DNA of 64,000 nucleotides from an uncultured Planctomycetales bacterium (GTDB lineage: Bacteria > Planctomycetota > SBBH01), in contig CAYVXZ010000001.1 in NCBI GenBank assembly GCA_964455625.1, forward strand, positions 8,150 through 72,149, read 5' to 3'. Shown piece by piece: positions 21,974 to 31,176 of this stretch (its first letter is position 1; the number at the start of each line of letters is the position of its first letter). Made by a program: the position numbers and the translations under genes. The notes below the pieces were generated by a model that was not told the origin of the DNA, searched no databases, and saw only the letters and a program-made list of their open reading frames with translations.

Positions 21974-23116
21974 TTAAGGTTGCACAGCCAGTTTTAACAT
22001 TTCAGCCATCAACTCCTCTCGAACCAGAGGTTTCCCATTGAGGATTACTTGTCCGAAGGTGTCATTTTCAATTTCTCTCCCAGCACTATCGTAGGCATGG
22101 ACATGAATGCCAATTTCTTGTGGCCGATCCATAGTCCAAACGAATGCTGGGGTGGAAGCCCATATCTCATAGGTACACCCACGCAATTCATCTAAATTTA
22201 ACGATTTGTCGACAAGGATCACCTTCTTGTTTTGAGTGATCACATCGAAAACTCGTTTTAACGGATTACTAACGATGGCCTTCTTGCTCCAATTCGAATC
22301 TCTGCCACAACTAGCACAAAGATGTTTTCTGTGCGGAGCTGCGGCAAAGGCCCCAAGGTCCAAGTGTGGTTCGTTGCAATAGCTGCACATTAGGCAATCG
22401 AGTGGCAACTTCTTCTCCACAGCTTGAACAAATGACCACGCAGCCGGTGGTGTTGCGTTGATCCTCACGGTGGGCTCTTTAGAAAGAAAAAGTGACGGCT
22501 CCTTGAGCGATAACTGGATTGCCTTATAGGTCTTATCAATTATTTTTGTTCCGCCCGCCTTGATTCTTGCGTGCACATGAATTCCAACCTCGCAGCTTGG
22601 CTTCACACGGGTGCTGAGCGCTGTCGGGAGTGAAGCCCAGACGCCAACTCCTCCAGGATAGTCTGCTGGATCAATAATGACCGGGTCGATCACGTAGCTC
22701 AGCGGCATGGTGGCATTCGAGCAAACGATGCGCTGACCAGGTCTCTTTGGAGCTGTAGCTAGATCCGCCTGAGTACCCCAGTAGACTTGGTGTGTACGGC
22801 ACCACATCCGCTCTTTGCCATGTCTGTACTTTCCCGCTGGAATGATCTCGCATGGCAATACGGCATCTTCCCCGGATTTTTCTTTTGGAAAACTACCTAG
22901 TACGTCTTCGGAGTGAACTGCGATATTTCCTATTGTTCTGCCACGAGACCACACGATCGCTCTGCGATGTGCCAGCAAGTCGTCGTTTGGCGGCTGTTCT
23001 TTTCCAAGTATCTGAATGGGGCGAACCACGCCCTTTTTTTGGGCCTTGTCGTAATCCTCCTCAGCAAGCTCCAGGTAGGTACCGTCGAGATGTAGTACGC
23101 GTCTGATGAATGGCAT
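21974..23116 (-). CDS. hypothetical Cys-rich protein with internal duplication
   Basis: An ORF of 380 aa with repeated '(E)(V/I)GIHVHA' modules and a 'CSYC...CASC' cluster. No known domain. It is convergent with the TcmP pair. Confidence 0.45.
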   Translation of the reverse strand: MPFIRRVLHLDGTYLELAEEDYDKAQKKGVVRPIQILGKEQPPNDDLLAHRRAIVWSRGRTIGNIAVHSEDVLGSFPKEKSGEDAVLPCEIIPAGKYRHGKERMWCRTHQVYWGTQADLATAPKRPGQRIVCSNATMPLSYVIDPVIIDPADYPGGVGVWASLPTALSTRVKPSCEVGIHVHARIKAGGTKIIDKTYKAIQLSLKEPSLFLSKEPTVRINATPPAAWSFVQAVEKKLPLDCLMCSYCNEPHLDLGAFAAAPHRKHLCASCGRDSNWSKKAIVSNPLKRVFDVITQNKKVILVDKSLNLDELRGCTYEIWASTPAFVWTMDRPQEIGIHVHAYDSAGREIENDTFGQVILNGKPLVREELMAEMLKLAVQP

Positions 23117-23311
23117 CCAGAAATTCTCCTGGTAGCGTTAGAGCGTTGATTCCGGATTGCGGAAGTGCCTAAGCCCCAGATGGACTGTCATGGGATCATG
23201 CTAGTCGATTCTTAATCTGTTGCCCACCGAGCCGGACAGCGCTGTGTCAACCAGTACCAGAGGACGTCGGGGCCTGTTCCTCAAGGGCACGTGAAGCCCT
23301 CTTCAATTCCA

Positions 23312-23327
23312 GGTTGCACGGTTGCAC
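23312..23327. promoter_or_regulatory. tandem direct repeat GGTTGCAC-GGTTGCAC (candidate antitoxin operator)
   Basis: A perfect 8-bp tandem repeat about 80 bp upstream of the antitoxin start. Confidence 0.35.
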
Positions 23328-23370
23328 ACCGTCCCGTAGAGGTAGGCCCTCCCCCCTCCCCTGACGAAAA

Positions 23371-23399
23371 TTGGCTGGGGCGTTTCCCCATGATAGAAT
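23371..23399 (+). promoter_or_regulatory. sigma70-like promoter (-35 TTGGCT, 17-nt spacer, -10 TAGAAT) for the TA operon; likely leaderless transcript
   Basis: The -10 hexamer ends 7 nt before the ATG at 23406 and no Shine-Dalgarno sequence is visible. Confidence 0.4.
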
Positions 23400-23405
23400 C
23401 CTGCC

Positions 23406-23642
23406 ATGACTACTGCGACGATTGCCCAGGAGGCCGTGCGGCTCATCAAGCATCTGCCTCGTGAGAAGGCGCAGGCTCTTCTGGAATACGCCCGGTACTT
23501 GGTCGAAAGCACCGGCGAGGAGGTCTGGGAGCACAGGCTGAGTGACCCCAGGCATGCCAAGAAGCTGAAGGACTTGGGCGAAAAGGCGCGGAAAGAGTTC
23601 CGCGACGGGAAGACCCGGCCGCTCGACTCCGACAAGATGTGA
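23406..23642 (+). CDS. type II antitoxin (78 aa)
   Basis: A small acidic/basic protein whose stop overlaps the toxin start (ATGA). This is a typical TA pair organisation. Confidence 0.6.
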   Translation: MTTATIAQEAVRLIKHLPREKAQALLEYARYLVESTGEEVWEHRLSDPRHAKKLKDLGEKARKEFRDGKTRPLDSDKM

Positions 23643-23902
23643 TCTCACACGCCTCGGGTTCCTTCCGGAGGCAGCTCCAGACCCTCCAAAAAGATGTTCA
23701 GAAGAGGGCTCGATCAGCCTTCAGGTTGTTCAAGCGGAATCCCCATCACGCCTCCCTGAAGTTCAAGCGCCTCTCGGGCTTGACGGACTACTGGTCTGCC
23801 CGGATCGGCCCTCACTACCGCGCCGTAGCAGTCCGTGAAGGTTCGACCCTGATCTGGTTCTGGATCGGCAGCCACGCCGACTTCGACCGGGATTTCAGGT
23901 AG
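23639..23902 (+). CDS. RelE/ParE-family toxin (type II TA, mRNA interferase-like)
   Basis: 87 aa. 'LKFKRLSG...YWSARIGPHYRAVAV...LIWFWIGSHADF' matches the RelE/ParE plasmid-stabilisation toxin core. Confidence 0.7.
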   Translation: MISHASGSFRRQLQTLQKDVQKRARSAFRLFKRNPHHASLKFKRLSGLTDYWSARIGPHYRAVAVREGSTLIWFWIGSHADFDRDFR

Positions 23903-23914
23903 GGGGGTCGTCTA

Positions 23915-23932
23915 CAAGCCGGCCTACATGCC
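23915..23932. repeat. 18-bp direct repeat 'caagccggcctacatgcc', copy 2
   Basis: Identical to 3069-3086. Confidence 0.6.
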
Positions 23933-24000
23933 AGGCTTTCTGGAAGCTCCGGCAGGCTTTCTCTCCCTCGGGAAACGGCCGGTCTCGGGTCGGAACTGCA

Positions 24001-24044
24001 CCAGCTTGGAAGGCTGGAGCTCTGCCATTGAGCTACACCCGCGA
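24001..24044. repeat. 44-bp direct repeat, copy 2 (5' fragment of tRNA-Gly; putative att site)
   Basis: Perfect identity to 2934-2977. The flanks diverge. Confidence 0.85.
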
Positions 24045-24123
24045 AGACGGCGGGAAGTCTATCACGCCTGCCGCGGAACAGAATCCCCACGGACGCGGAA
24101 TCAGCCGATAGAATAAGGAACTG

Positions 24124-25551
24124 ATGGCACGGCTCCTCTTCCTCCAGAACCTCCAGTACGAGTACCTGGGCCCCATGTACATCGCGGCGAGCGTGCGCGC
24201 CCGGGGGCATGGATGCGAGCTCGCCTTCGGCCGGACCACGGAGGATTTCGCGCCGGTCATGGACCGGTTCCGGCCGGACGTGGTGGGCTTTTCGGTCATG
24301 ACGGGAAGCCACCGCTGGGCGGTGGGGGTCGCGCGCGACCTGAAGGCGCGCTACGGCGTCCGGACCCTCGTCGGCGGCGCGCATCCGACCTTCTTTCCCG
24401 ACTTCGTCAACGAGGAGGGGATCGACGGCCTCGTGCGCGGCGAGGGGGAGGAGGCATGCGTCGATCTTCTCGACCGCGTCGACCGGAACGCCGGCTGGGA
24501 AGGGATCGAGAACCTCGTCTGGAAGCGGGACGGCGCGGTCGAGCGGAACGACGTCCGGACGCTGCGGAAGGACCTTGACGATTACCCGTTTCCCGATCGC
24601 CGGCTCTACGATGCCCTCGAGGGACGCGTCGATCGCTCGGTCAGGACGCTCATCACCTCGCGCGGATGCCCCTTCCATTGCTCGTTCTGCTTCGAGGACG
24701 CGATGCGCGACCTCTACGCCGGCAAGGGAAAATACGTCCGGATCCGCCGGATCGAGCCGGTGATCGAGGAATGCCGGGAGCTCCGCGACCGGCACCATGT
24801 GAAAACGATCTACTTCGCTGACGACGTCTTCGGGATGAGCAAGCCGTGGCTCTACGAATTCATGGAGGTCTACCGGCGCGAGGTGGGGCTCCCCTTCATC
24901 TGCCTCGTCCGGGCGGATCTCGTGGCCTCCGACCCCGATTACGCCCGGAACCTGAAGGCAGGCGGATGCAAGTCGGTCTTCTTCGGCGTGGAGTCCGGAA
25001 ACGAGACCCTGCGGAACCGCGTCCTGGTGAAGCAGCTCACCGACGACCAGATCGTGCAGGGGGCGCGCTACCTCCACGAGGCGGGGATCCCGTTCCGGAC
25101 CTACAACATCGTGGGGCTACCGGACGAGACCATGAAGGACGCCTTCTCCACCGTGGAACTGAACATGCGGATCAAGGCGGACTACCCCTGGTGTTCGGTC
25201 TTCGCCCCCTATCCGGGGACGGCGCTCGCGCAGTACGCCCAGCAGCGCGGGTACCTCCCGCCGTCCTTCGACGTCGAGGAGATCGCCGGATCCTTCTTCA
25301 CCTCCTCCAACCTTGAAGGAGAGAACATCCGGGAAAAGCAGAACCTCCAGAAGTTCTTCCAGACCGCCGTCCGGTGGCCCTGGACCTGGCCGGTCATCAA
25401 GCGGCTGATCAGGCTTCCCTCCAACCGGCTTTTCGACGCCTGGTTCGGATGGGTCTATTTCCTCACGTACCTGAAAAGCGAGCAGAAATCGTTCTGGAAG
25501 ACGCTTCCGTTCGCCCTGCGGAACTGGCGCCACATCTTCGCCAAGGAGTGA
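24124..25551 (+). CDS. B12-binding domain-containing radical SAM protein (class B rSAM)
   Basis: The N-terminal Rossmann-like B12-binding region ('VVGFSVMTGSH...') is followed by the rSAM cluster motif 'CPFHCSFC'. Confidence 0.8.
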   Translation: MARLLFLQNLQYEYLGPMYIAASVRARGHGCELAFGRTTEDFAPVMDRFRPDVVGFSVMTGSHRWAVGVARDLKARYGVRTLVGGAHPTFFPDFVNEEGIDGLVRGEGEEACVDLLDRVDRNAGWEGIENLVWKRDGAVERNDVRTLRKDLDDYPFPDRRLYDALEGRVDRSVRTLITSRGCPFHCSFCFEDAMRDLYAGKGKYVRIRRIEPVIEECRELRDRHHVKTIYFADDVFGMSKPWLYEFMEVYRREVGLPFICLVRADLVASDPDYARNLKAGGCKSVFFGVESGNETLRNRVLVKQLTDDQIVQGARYLHEAGIPFRTYNIVGLPDETMKDAFSTVELNMRIKADYPWCSVFAPYPGTALAQYAQQRGYLPPSFDVEEIAGSFFTSSNLEGENIREKQNLQKFFQTAVRWPWTWPVIKRLIRLPSNRLFDAWFGWVYFLTYLKSEQKSFWKTLPFALRNWRHIFAKE

Positions 25552-26414
25552 GCGCCCCCGACCTGGATGCCGCCTGCCGCGCCTGCGGCGGCGGGTCGTT
25601 CCCCGTCCGGACGTTCGACCGCGACGGCGGCGTCCTCCTGCGGCGGTGCGCCGCCTGCCGCTCCGAATTCCTCCATCCCCAGCCGCCGGACGGGCGCCTC
25701 GCCGCCGAGTACGCCGACTACGGCGTGCGGCGGAAGGGAACCGCGCCCGGCGGGAAGACCCCGTACTTCAGGGATCTCCTCGCCGCGCTCGGCCTTCCGG
25801 CCGGCATCGGTTCGATCGCGGACCTCGGCGCCGCCGAGGGGGACGCCCTGCGCGCCGCGCGGGAGATCTGGCCCGGCGCACGACGCCTCGCCGTCGAGCC
25901 GCGCCCCGAAGGTCTCACGGGAACGGACTGCGAAACCGCCCGGACGTCCGTCGAGGAATGGCTCGCGGCGCCATCCGGCGAACGCTTCGACCTGGTCCTG
26001 GCCCTTGACGTCCTCGAGCACCTGCGGGACCCCGGCGAGGCCGTCACGCGTCTCGCGCGCGACCGGATCGCCCCGGGCGGGTTCCTCGTCGCCACCTTCC
26101 CGAACGGGACGTCGCTCTCCCGGCGCTGGATGGGACGTCTCTGGGTCCAGTGGCGGATCGAACACCTGCATTACCTCTCGGCCGCGGGCGTCCTGGCCCT
26201 GGCGCGGAACGCGTCGCTCGACACCGGTTTTCTCGCGCCCCACACGAAGCGGCTCCCGGTCTCCTATCTCCTGGCAGTGGGAAGCCGGTTCGGGCCGGCG
26301 CCGGTCCGTCCCCTGGTCCGCTTCCTCGCGCGGACGACGCCGGGACTCCTCGCCCGCCGCTCCGTCGGCCTTCCGCTCGGGGAATGGATCTGGGTCGCCC
26401 GGAGGCGCGCGTGA
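25546..26414 (+). CDS. class I SAM-dependent methyltransferase with N-terminal Cys4 zinc-ribbon
   Basis: GTG at 25546 overlaps the upstream stop. 'CRACGGG...CAACRS' is a zinc ribbon. 'IADLGAAEGD' is SAM-binding motif I. 'LVLALDVLEHLRDP' is motif II. Confidence 0.7.
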
Positions 26415-27079
26415 CCGGCGGGCGCCCCGAGTCGGCCGCCGCCTGGAGCGCCCTCTACGCGGCGGGGTACGAGGGCTCTCCCCTGCCAGCACTGCTCCTT
26501 GCCCTGCCCGTCCCTCCGGGCACGCGCGTCCTCGACATCGGATGCGGCCAGGGACGGCACATGACGCGCTGGGAGGGCCGCGCTGTCGGAATCGATTTCT
26601 CCATGACCGCGCTCGCAGATGCCGACGCGCGGGGACAGCGCGCCGCCTGCGCCCACGCCGGGCGGCTCCCGTTCCGCCCTGGCAGCTTCGGCCTTGCCTA
26701 CTCCCTGGGGGTGATCGAGCACCTGGCCGACACCGAGGGCGCGATCCGCGAATCCTTCACGGTCCTCGCCCCCGGCGGCTGGGCGTACCACTCGGTCCCC
26801 CACACGCGCTCCGTCTGGACCTGGTGCGTGCGCCCGCTCAAGAAAGCCCTCGGGAAGTTCCCGATCGGACGCGAGGCCTCCTTTTCCGTCCGGCGCATGC
26901 GGCGGATGTTCGAGGCGGCCGGCTTCACCGACATCGCGCACCGCGTGATGCCGTTCGCCGCCTACGACTGCCTCGGCGCGCGATGGCCCCTTCCGCTTCT
27001 CTACCGTGCCGAGGATTTCCTGAACGCCCGATTCGGGAACGTCGGCTTCTTCCTGCACATGTGGGGCCGGAAGCCTTAG
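26411..27079 (+). CDS. class I SAM-dependent methyltransferase (type 11-like)
   Basis: GTG at 26411 overlaps the upstream stop. 'RVLDIGCGQGRH' is motif I. 'GLAYSLGVIEHLAD' is motif II. Confidence 0.7.
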   Translation: MTGGRPESAAAWSALYAAGYEGSPLPALLLALPVPPGTRVLDIGCGQGRHMTRWEGRAVGIDFSMTALADADARGQRAACAHAGRLPFRPGSFGLAYSLGVIEHLADTEGAIRESFTVLAPGGWAYHSVPHTRSVWTWCVRPLKKALGKFPIGREASFSVRRMRRMFEAAGFTDIAHRVMPFAAYDCLGARWPLPLLYRAEDFLNARFGNVGFFLHMWGRKP

Positions 27080-28269
27080 CGGGGAGCCGTTGTCGATTCC
27101 GAAAGCATCTGCGATGCCGCCGAAAACGCCTCCTCCGGCCCGATCTCTTTCATGCAGATATTGTTCCCGTTGCAGGCGGCGATCTTCGCGCTGTAGGTGT
27201 TGAGGCACGGGCTGCAGAACACTCCCCTGTACAGGACACGGTGGCCAGGTTCCAGGGGACCGTACAGGGCCGGCGTCTCCGGGCCGAAGAGCGACAGCGT
27301 CCGTGCACCCGAGGCGATCGCGATCTGCAACGGACCGCTGTCGTTGGTGACCACGAGATCCATCCGGCGGAAGAGCCCCGTAAGCTCCTCGACCGTCAGG
27401 CGCCCCGCGGCGTCCACGGCGCGGACGGACGCCGGCAGCTCCCGCGCGAACGCCTCCACATAGTCCCGGTCGACACCGCCGCCAACCAGGAAAAACGTCC
27501 CGCCGCGCGCCGCCTGGAGCCGTTCCATGAGGACCCGGAAATGCGGGGCGGGCCAGCGCCGCTCCCAGGAAAGCTCGCTCACGTTGATGTTGACGGCGAT
27601 CCAGGGGCGCGGCCGGTCCGCGCCCGGCTCCCCGGCGAAACGCGCGGCCGCGGCATCCGCCGCGGCGCCGGGAACGAGCGCGCGGAGCGACAGGTCCGCG
27701 ACGATGATCCCCAGCGGGCGCAGGAGGTGTCCGTAGATCTCGCGGATGTGGCGCCGCGTGTTGTAGGGGACGGAGGCGGTCACCAGGCTCTCGAACCAGA
27801 AGGCCGGATGGAAGAATCCGATCCGCCGCGCCGCGCCGGAAAGGTACGCGATCACCACCGTGTAGCGGGCGTAGAACTCGAGATTCAGCACGGTGTCGAA
27901 CCGCTCGCGGCGGATGCGGATCAGGGCGCGCAGGGTCGAAAGGAGAAAGCGCCCGATTCCCCCGACGTCGATCCCGATCACGTCGTCGATCTCCGGGATC
28001 AGTCGGCAGACGGCGCGGTTGGCGGCGAAGGTAAGGAAGACGATCCGGACGCCGGGGCGTTCGCGCTTCAAGGCCAGGACCGCGGGGGTCGTGTTGACGA
28101 GGCTCCCCATCCCGAAGCACTTGATGAAGAGGACCCGCCGGACAGGCGGCGCCGCGCGCGCCGGCAGGAGCCGCGCGAGGAACGCGCGGGCCCTTTCCCA
28201 CAGGAAAAGCGCCACGCAGAACGGGGGGCCCAGGATCTTGTCGGCCCGCACCAGCGCGCGCGTTCTCAT
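27076..28269 (-). CDS. glycosyltransferase family 9 (ADP-heptose:LPS heptosyltransferase-like)
   Basis: 'RVLFIKCFGMGSLVNTTPAVLALK' at the N-terminus. 'GGGVDRDYVEAFA' and 'VVTNDSGPLQIAIASGARTLSLFGP' are GT9 signatures. Confidence 0.8.
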   Translation of the reverse strand: MRTRALVRADKILGPPFCVALFLWERARAFLARLLPARAAPPVRRVLFIKCFGMGSLVNTTPAVLALKRERPGVRIVFLTFAANRAVCRLIPEIDDVIGIDVGGIGRFLLSTLRALIRIRRERFDTVLNLEFYARYTVVIAYLSGAARRIGFFHPAFWFESLVTASVPYNTRRHIREIYGHLLRPLGIIVADLSLRALVPGAAADAAAARFAGEPGADRPRPWIAVNINVSELSWERRWPAPHFRVLMERLQAARGGTFFLVGGGVDRDYVEAFARELPASVRAVDAAGRLTVEELTGLFRRMDLVVTNDSGPLQIAIASGARTLSLFGPETPALYGPLEPGHRVLYRGVFCSPCLNTYSAKIAACNGNNICMKEIGPEEAFSAASQMLSESTTAPR

Positions 28270-28341
28270 GGATCGGCCACAGCATAGCAGCCCGCGCGAA
28301 ATTGTGGGGTGCGCGGGGCGCGGCTATGATCGCGTATCCCC

Positions 28342-30033
28342 ATGTCCAGGACGTCCATCCTTTCCCCGCGGCTCCTCGTGGCCGTCCTCATGCTCCTTTT
28401 CACGGGCGCCGGGCTCGTCGGAAGCGGCTGGGGGATCCCCGGACGCGACCGTGCGGAGATCGTGGGCGCGACGCCCGGCCCCTTTCTCGACAGCGTGAAG
28501 GCGCGCTGCGGAGAGGATCTCGAGACCCGCCGGGAAGGAGGGTTCGGCCGCGCGATCCCGGTCGCCCCGGACGACCACGCCGGGATCCTCGCCCGGATCT
28601 GCCGCCGCTTCCTCCTCTACACCCATCACCCGGACGAGGGGCGGGTCTTCTGGGCGTTCTCGAACATCCGGCCGTCGGACCTCGCGTTCAACCCGGGGAC
28701 CTTCGCCTACGGAGGGCTTTTCTTCTATTCCCTGGGAGCCTGGTACTGGATCGGGGCCAAGATCGGACTCTGCGCGCTCGTCCCGGACGCGGGGTTCTAT
28801 CTCGACCATCCAGAGGAGATGGGCCGTCTCGTCCAGCTGGGGCGGATCGGAATCATGCTGGCCGGGGCGCTCGCCATCCCGGTCCTCTTCCGGATCGGAA
28901 GCCTTCTCTGGGGCGCCCGGGGAGGAATGCTTCTCGCGCTCCTGTGGGCGGCCCATCCCCTGTGCGCCATCGGCGGGCGCGAGCTGAAGCCGTACCTTCC
29001 CGCCGCGTTCCTGGTGTCGCTTTCCCTCCTCCACGCCCTGCGCGCCGTGCGCGGGGGCGGCACCCGGAGCGCGCTCGCGGGTGCGGCCTTCGCGGGGCTC
29101 GCGGCCGGCGCCTCCCCGGCCAATTACCCGGTCGCGATCCTCCCGATCCTCGCGCTCTGGACGGCCCCCGCGCCCCGGACGAGGCGCGTCACCGGAACGG
29201 TCCTCGCCGGACTCGTCTCGGGTCTTGTCTTCCTCCTCTGCAACCCCTTTCTCCTCGTGTCGCTCGAGACGTTCCTCAAGGAGGCGGCCGCCATCGATGC
29301 CGTCTGCGGGACATTTCCCGCGGATCTGCCGTCCTATGGCGCGCTCCTCTTCCGGTCCATCCCGCTCGGGCTGCACCCTTTCCTTGTCCCGTTCCTCGCG
29401 CTCGGCGCATGGATGGCGTCCAGGCGGCCCGGAGGGCTCCTTTGCCCGGCGGCGCTCGGGTTCCTGCTTCTCCACTTCGCCGTCTTCACGGGAGAGCAGG
29501 TGCGCTACATGGCCATGGTCCGTTTCCTCTTTCCCTACCTGCCGATCGCGCTGGTGCTCGTCGTGGAAGGGATGTTCGCGGTCGGGCACCGGTTTCCCCG
29601 CGCGGGACGCGTCGCGACCGCGACGGCGGCCCTCGCTCTTGCCGCGACCGCGGCGACCCTCGTCGGACTCCACCGGGAAGACGCGGGCCCCTCCTCGACG
29701 CGTCTTGCGGCCGGTGCCTGGATCCGGGAGAACGTCCCGCCGGGAACGATCGAGGTCCCGACCGGCGTGGCCCCCTGGGACTTCCCGCCGCTCCCGTTTC
29801 CGGCCTACGCCGTCGGCGACATGACCTGGGGAACTCCGCATCACATCGCGACCACCGGCCGGGAATACCTCGTCCGCGTCGAAGCGAACGAGGCGTTCTC
29901 GCCGGTGGACCCCGCGTTCGAGCAGGTCCGGGAATGGGATGTCCGCTCCGGCCGGCTCCTCTCCCCCCTCCTCCCCCACCACCTGTTCTGGGCGCAATCA
30001 ACCGTGCGCCTCTACCGGCGGAAGGGCCCGTGA
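28342..30033 (+). CDS. polytopic membrane protein, GT-C fold (ArnT/PMT-like glycosyltransferase family 39/83)
   Basis: About 12 hydrophobic segments. An N-terminal loop with a D/E-rich motif. Glycosyltransferase gene neighbourhood. Confidence 0.55.
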   Translation: MSRTSILSPRLLVAVLMLLFTGAGLVGSGWGIPGRDRAEIVGATPGPFLDSVKARCGEDLETRREGGFGRAIPVAPDDHAGILARICRRFLLYTHHPDEGRVFWAFSNIRPSDLAFNPGTFAYGGLFFYSLGAWYWIGAKIGLCALVPDAGFYLDHPEEMGRLVQLGRIGIMLAGALAIPVLFRIGSLLWGARGGMLLALLWAAHPLCAIGGRELKPYLPAAFLVSLSLLHALRAVRGGGTRSALAGAAFAGLAAGASPANYPVAILPILALWTAPAPRTRRVTGTVLAGLVSGLVFLLCNPFLLVSLETFLKEAAAIDAVCGTFPADLPSYGALLFRSIPLGLHPFLVPFLALGAWMASRRPGGLLCPAALGFLLLHFAVFTGEQVRYMAMVRFLFPYLPIALVLVVEGMFAVGHRFPRAGRVATATAALALAATAATLVGLHREDAGPSSTRLAAGAWIRENVPPGTIEVPTGVAPWDFPPLPFPAYAVGDMTWGTPHHIATTGREYLVRVEANEAFSPVDPAFEQVREWDVRSGRLLSPLLPHHLFWAQSTVRLYRRKGP

Positions 30034-31172
30034 GCGCCCGTCCCCGGCTCCTCTTCCTGTCGCGCGCCGTGAACCCCCACGGCGGGATCCCGCGCGCGGC
30101 GTTCGAGACCCTGAAGGCGCTCGAGGGATCCGCGGATCTCGCCCTCGCGGCGATCGATTGCGACGCGGAGGCGGCGGGTTTCTCGTCCTGGATCCCCGTC
30201 CCGAAAGGGCGCGCGCGTTCGCATTTCGGGGAACTCGCGGGGTTTCTCCGCCGGACGCGCGCCGTCCCGCGGGACGGATTCGGCCTCTCGATCGGCGTCC
30301 TGGGAGAATGCCTCGATTCCGACGTCGCCTGGGCGCACTTCTGCTATCCGGCCTGGCGCGACGTGGCGCTCCCGGTCACCCCGTCCGGGCGCGCCCGCTG
30401 GGCGCGGCGCCTCAATCCCGCAGGGCTTCTCCAATGGCACGCGGAGCGCCGCCACGCGGCGCGCGCCCGCGCCGTCGTCGCCGTCTCGGAAGGGCTCCGG
30501 CAGGAACTGGTCCGGCATTACGGCCTGGCGCCCGGATCCGTCCGCGTGATCGAGAACGGCGTCGACGCGGGGGCGTTCACGCCCGCGGGGCGCGCGGTGG
30601 ACCGAGCGGCGCTCGCCCGGAAGTTCGGCCTGCCCGGGGACGCGCCCTGGATCCTTTTCGTCGCGAGCTATGACCTCGCCTGGAAGGGGCTCGCGCCCGC
30701 GATGGAAGGGCTTGCCCGGGCGGGCGGGACGGCGCGGCTTCTCGTCGCCGGCGGGCAGGACCCGCTCGGGCATTTCCGGCGCCTGGCGGAGACGCTCGGG
30801 ATCGCCGCGCGCGTTCATTGGCTGGGTCGCCAGGACGGCATGCAGGCGCTCTACCGGTCCTGCGACGTCTACCTGGCGCCTTCCGCCTGGGAGGCGATGT
30901 CGCTCGCGGCCCTCGAGGCGGCGGCGTCCGCCCTGCCGATCCTCGCAACACGCGTGAGCGGGATGACGGAGATCCTGGCGGACGGCGAGAACGGCTTTTT
31001 CGTGGCGCGCGACGCGGACGATATCGGGCGGCGCGTCGCGGAGCTGGCCGGGTCGCCGGAGCTGCGCGCCCGGATGGGGGCGGCGTCGCGGGAGCGCGCG
31101 GCGCGGTTCACCTGGAAGGCCGCCGCCGGGAAATGGCTCGCGCTCGCCGAAGAGCTTGCCGCGACCCGCTGA
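30030..31172 (+). CDS. glycosyltransferase family 4
   Basis: GTG at 30030 overlaps the upstream stop. The C-terminal GT4 motif is 'EAMSLAALEAAASALPILATRVSGMTEILADGENGF'. The track ORF 28302-31172 is a frame run-on. Confidence 0.75.
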   Translation: MSARPRLLFLSRAVNPHGGIPRAAFETLKALEGSADLALAAIDCDAEAAGFSSWIPVPKGRARSHFGELAGFLRRTRAVPRDGFGLSIGVLGECLDSDVAWAHFCYPAWRDVALPVTPSGRARWARRLNPAGLLQWHAERRHAARARAVVAVSEGLRQELVRHYGLAPGSVRVIENGVDAGAFTPAGRAVDRAALARKFGLPGDAPWILFVASYDLAWKGLAPAMEGLARAGGTARLLVAGGQDPLGHFRRLAETLGIAARVHWLGRQDGMQALYRSCDVYLAPSAWEAMSLAALEAAASALPILATRVSGMTEILADGENGFFVARDADDIGRRVAELAGSPELRARMGAASRERAARFTWKAAAGKWLALAEELAATR

Positions 31173-31176
31173 CCGT

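Noticed and set aside
23985-24000. Possible degenerate 3' half of a second tRNA-Gly adjacent to the 44-bp repeat (full pseudo-tRNA)
   Set aside because: Beyond tRNA position 42 the similarity (GTTCCGACCC versus GTTCGATTCCCC) is too weak to distinguish from chance. Treated as a 5'-fragment repeat only.
25567-28287. 906-aa plus-strand ORF and the 673-aa / 557-aa minus-strand ORFs across the methyltransferase / GT region
   Set aside because: They are Arg/Gly/Pro-rich run-ons out of frame with genes that carry real motifs (SAM motifs, GT9, GT4).
28302-31172. 956-aa ORF suggesting one giant protein
   Set aside because: Only the last ~380 aa (from GTG 30030) form a GT4 protein. The upstream part is a frame run-on overlapping the GT-C membrane protein encoded in another frame.
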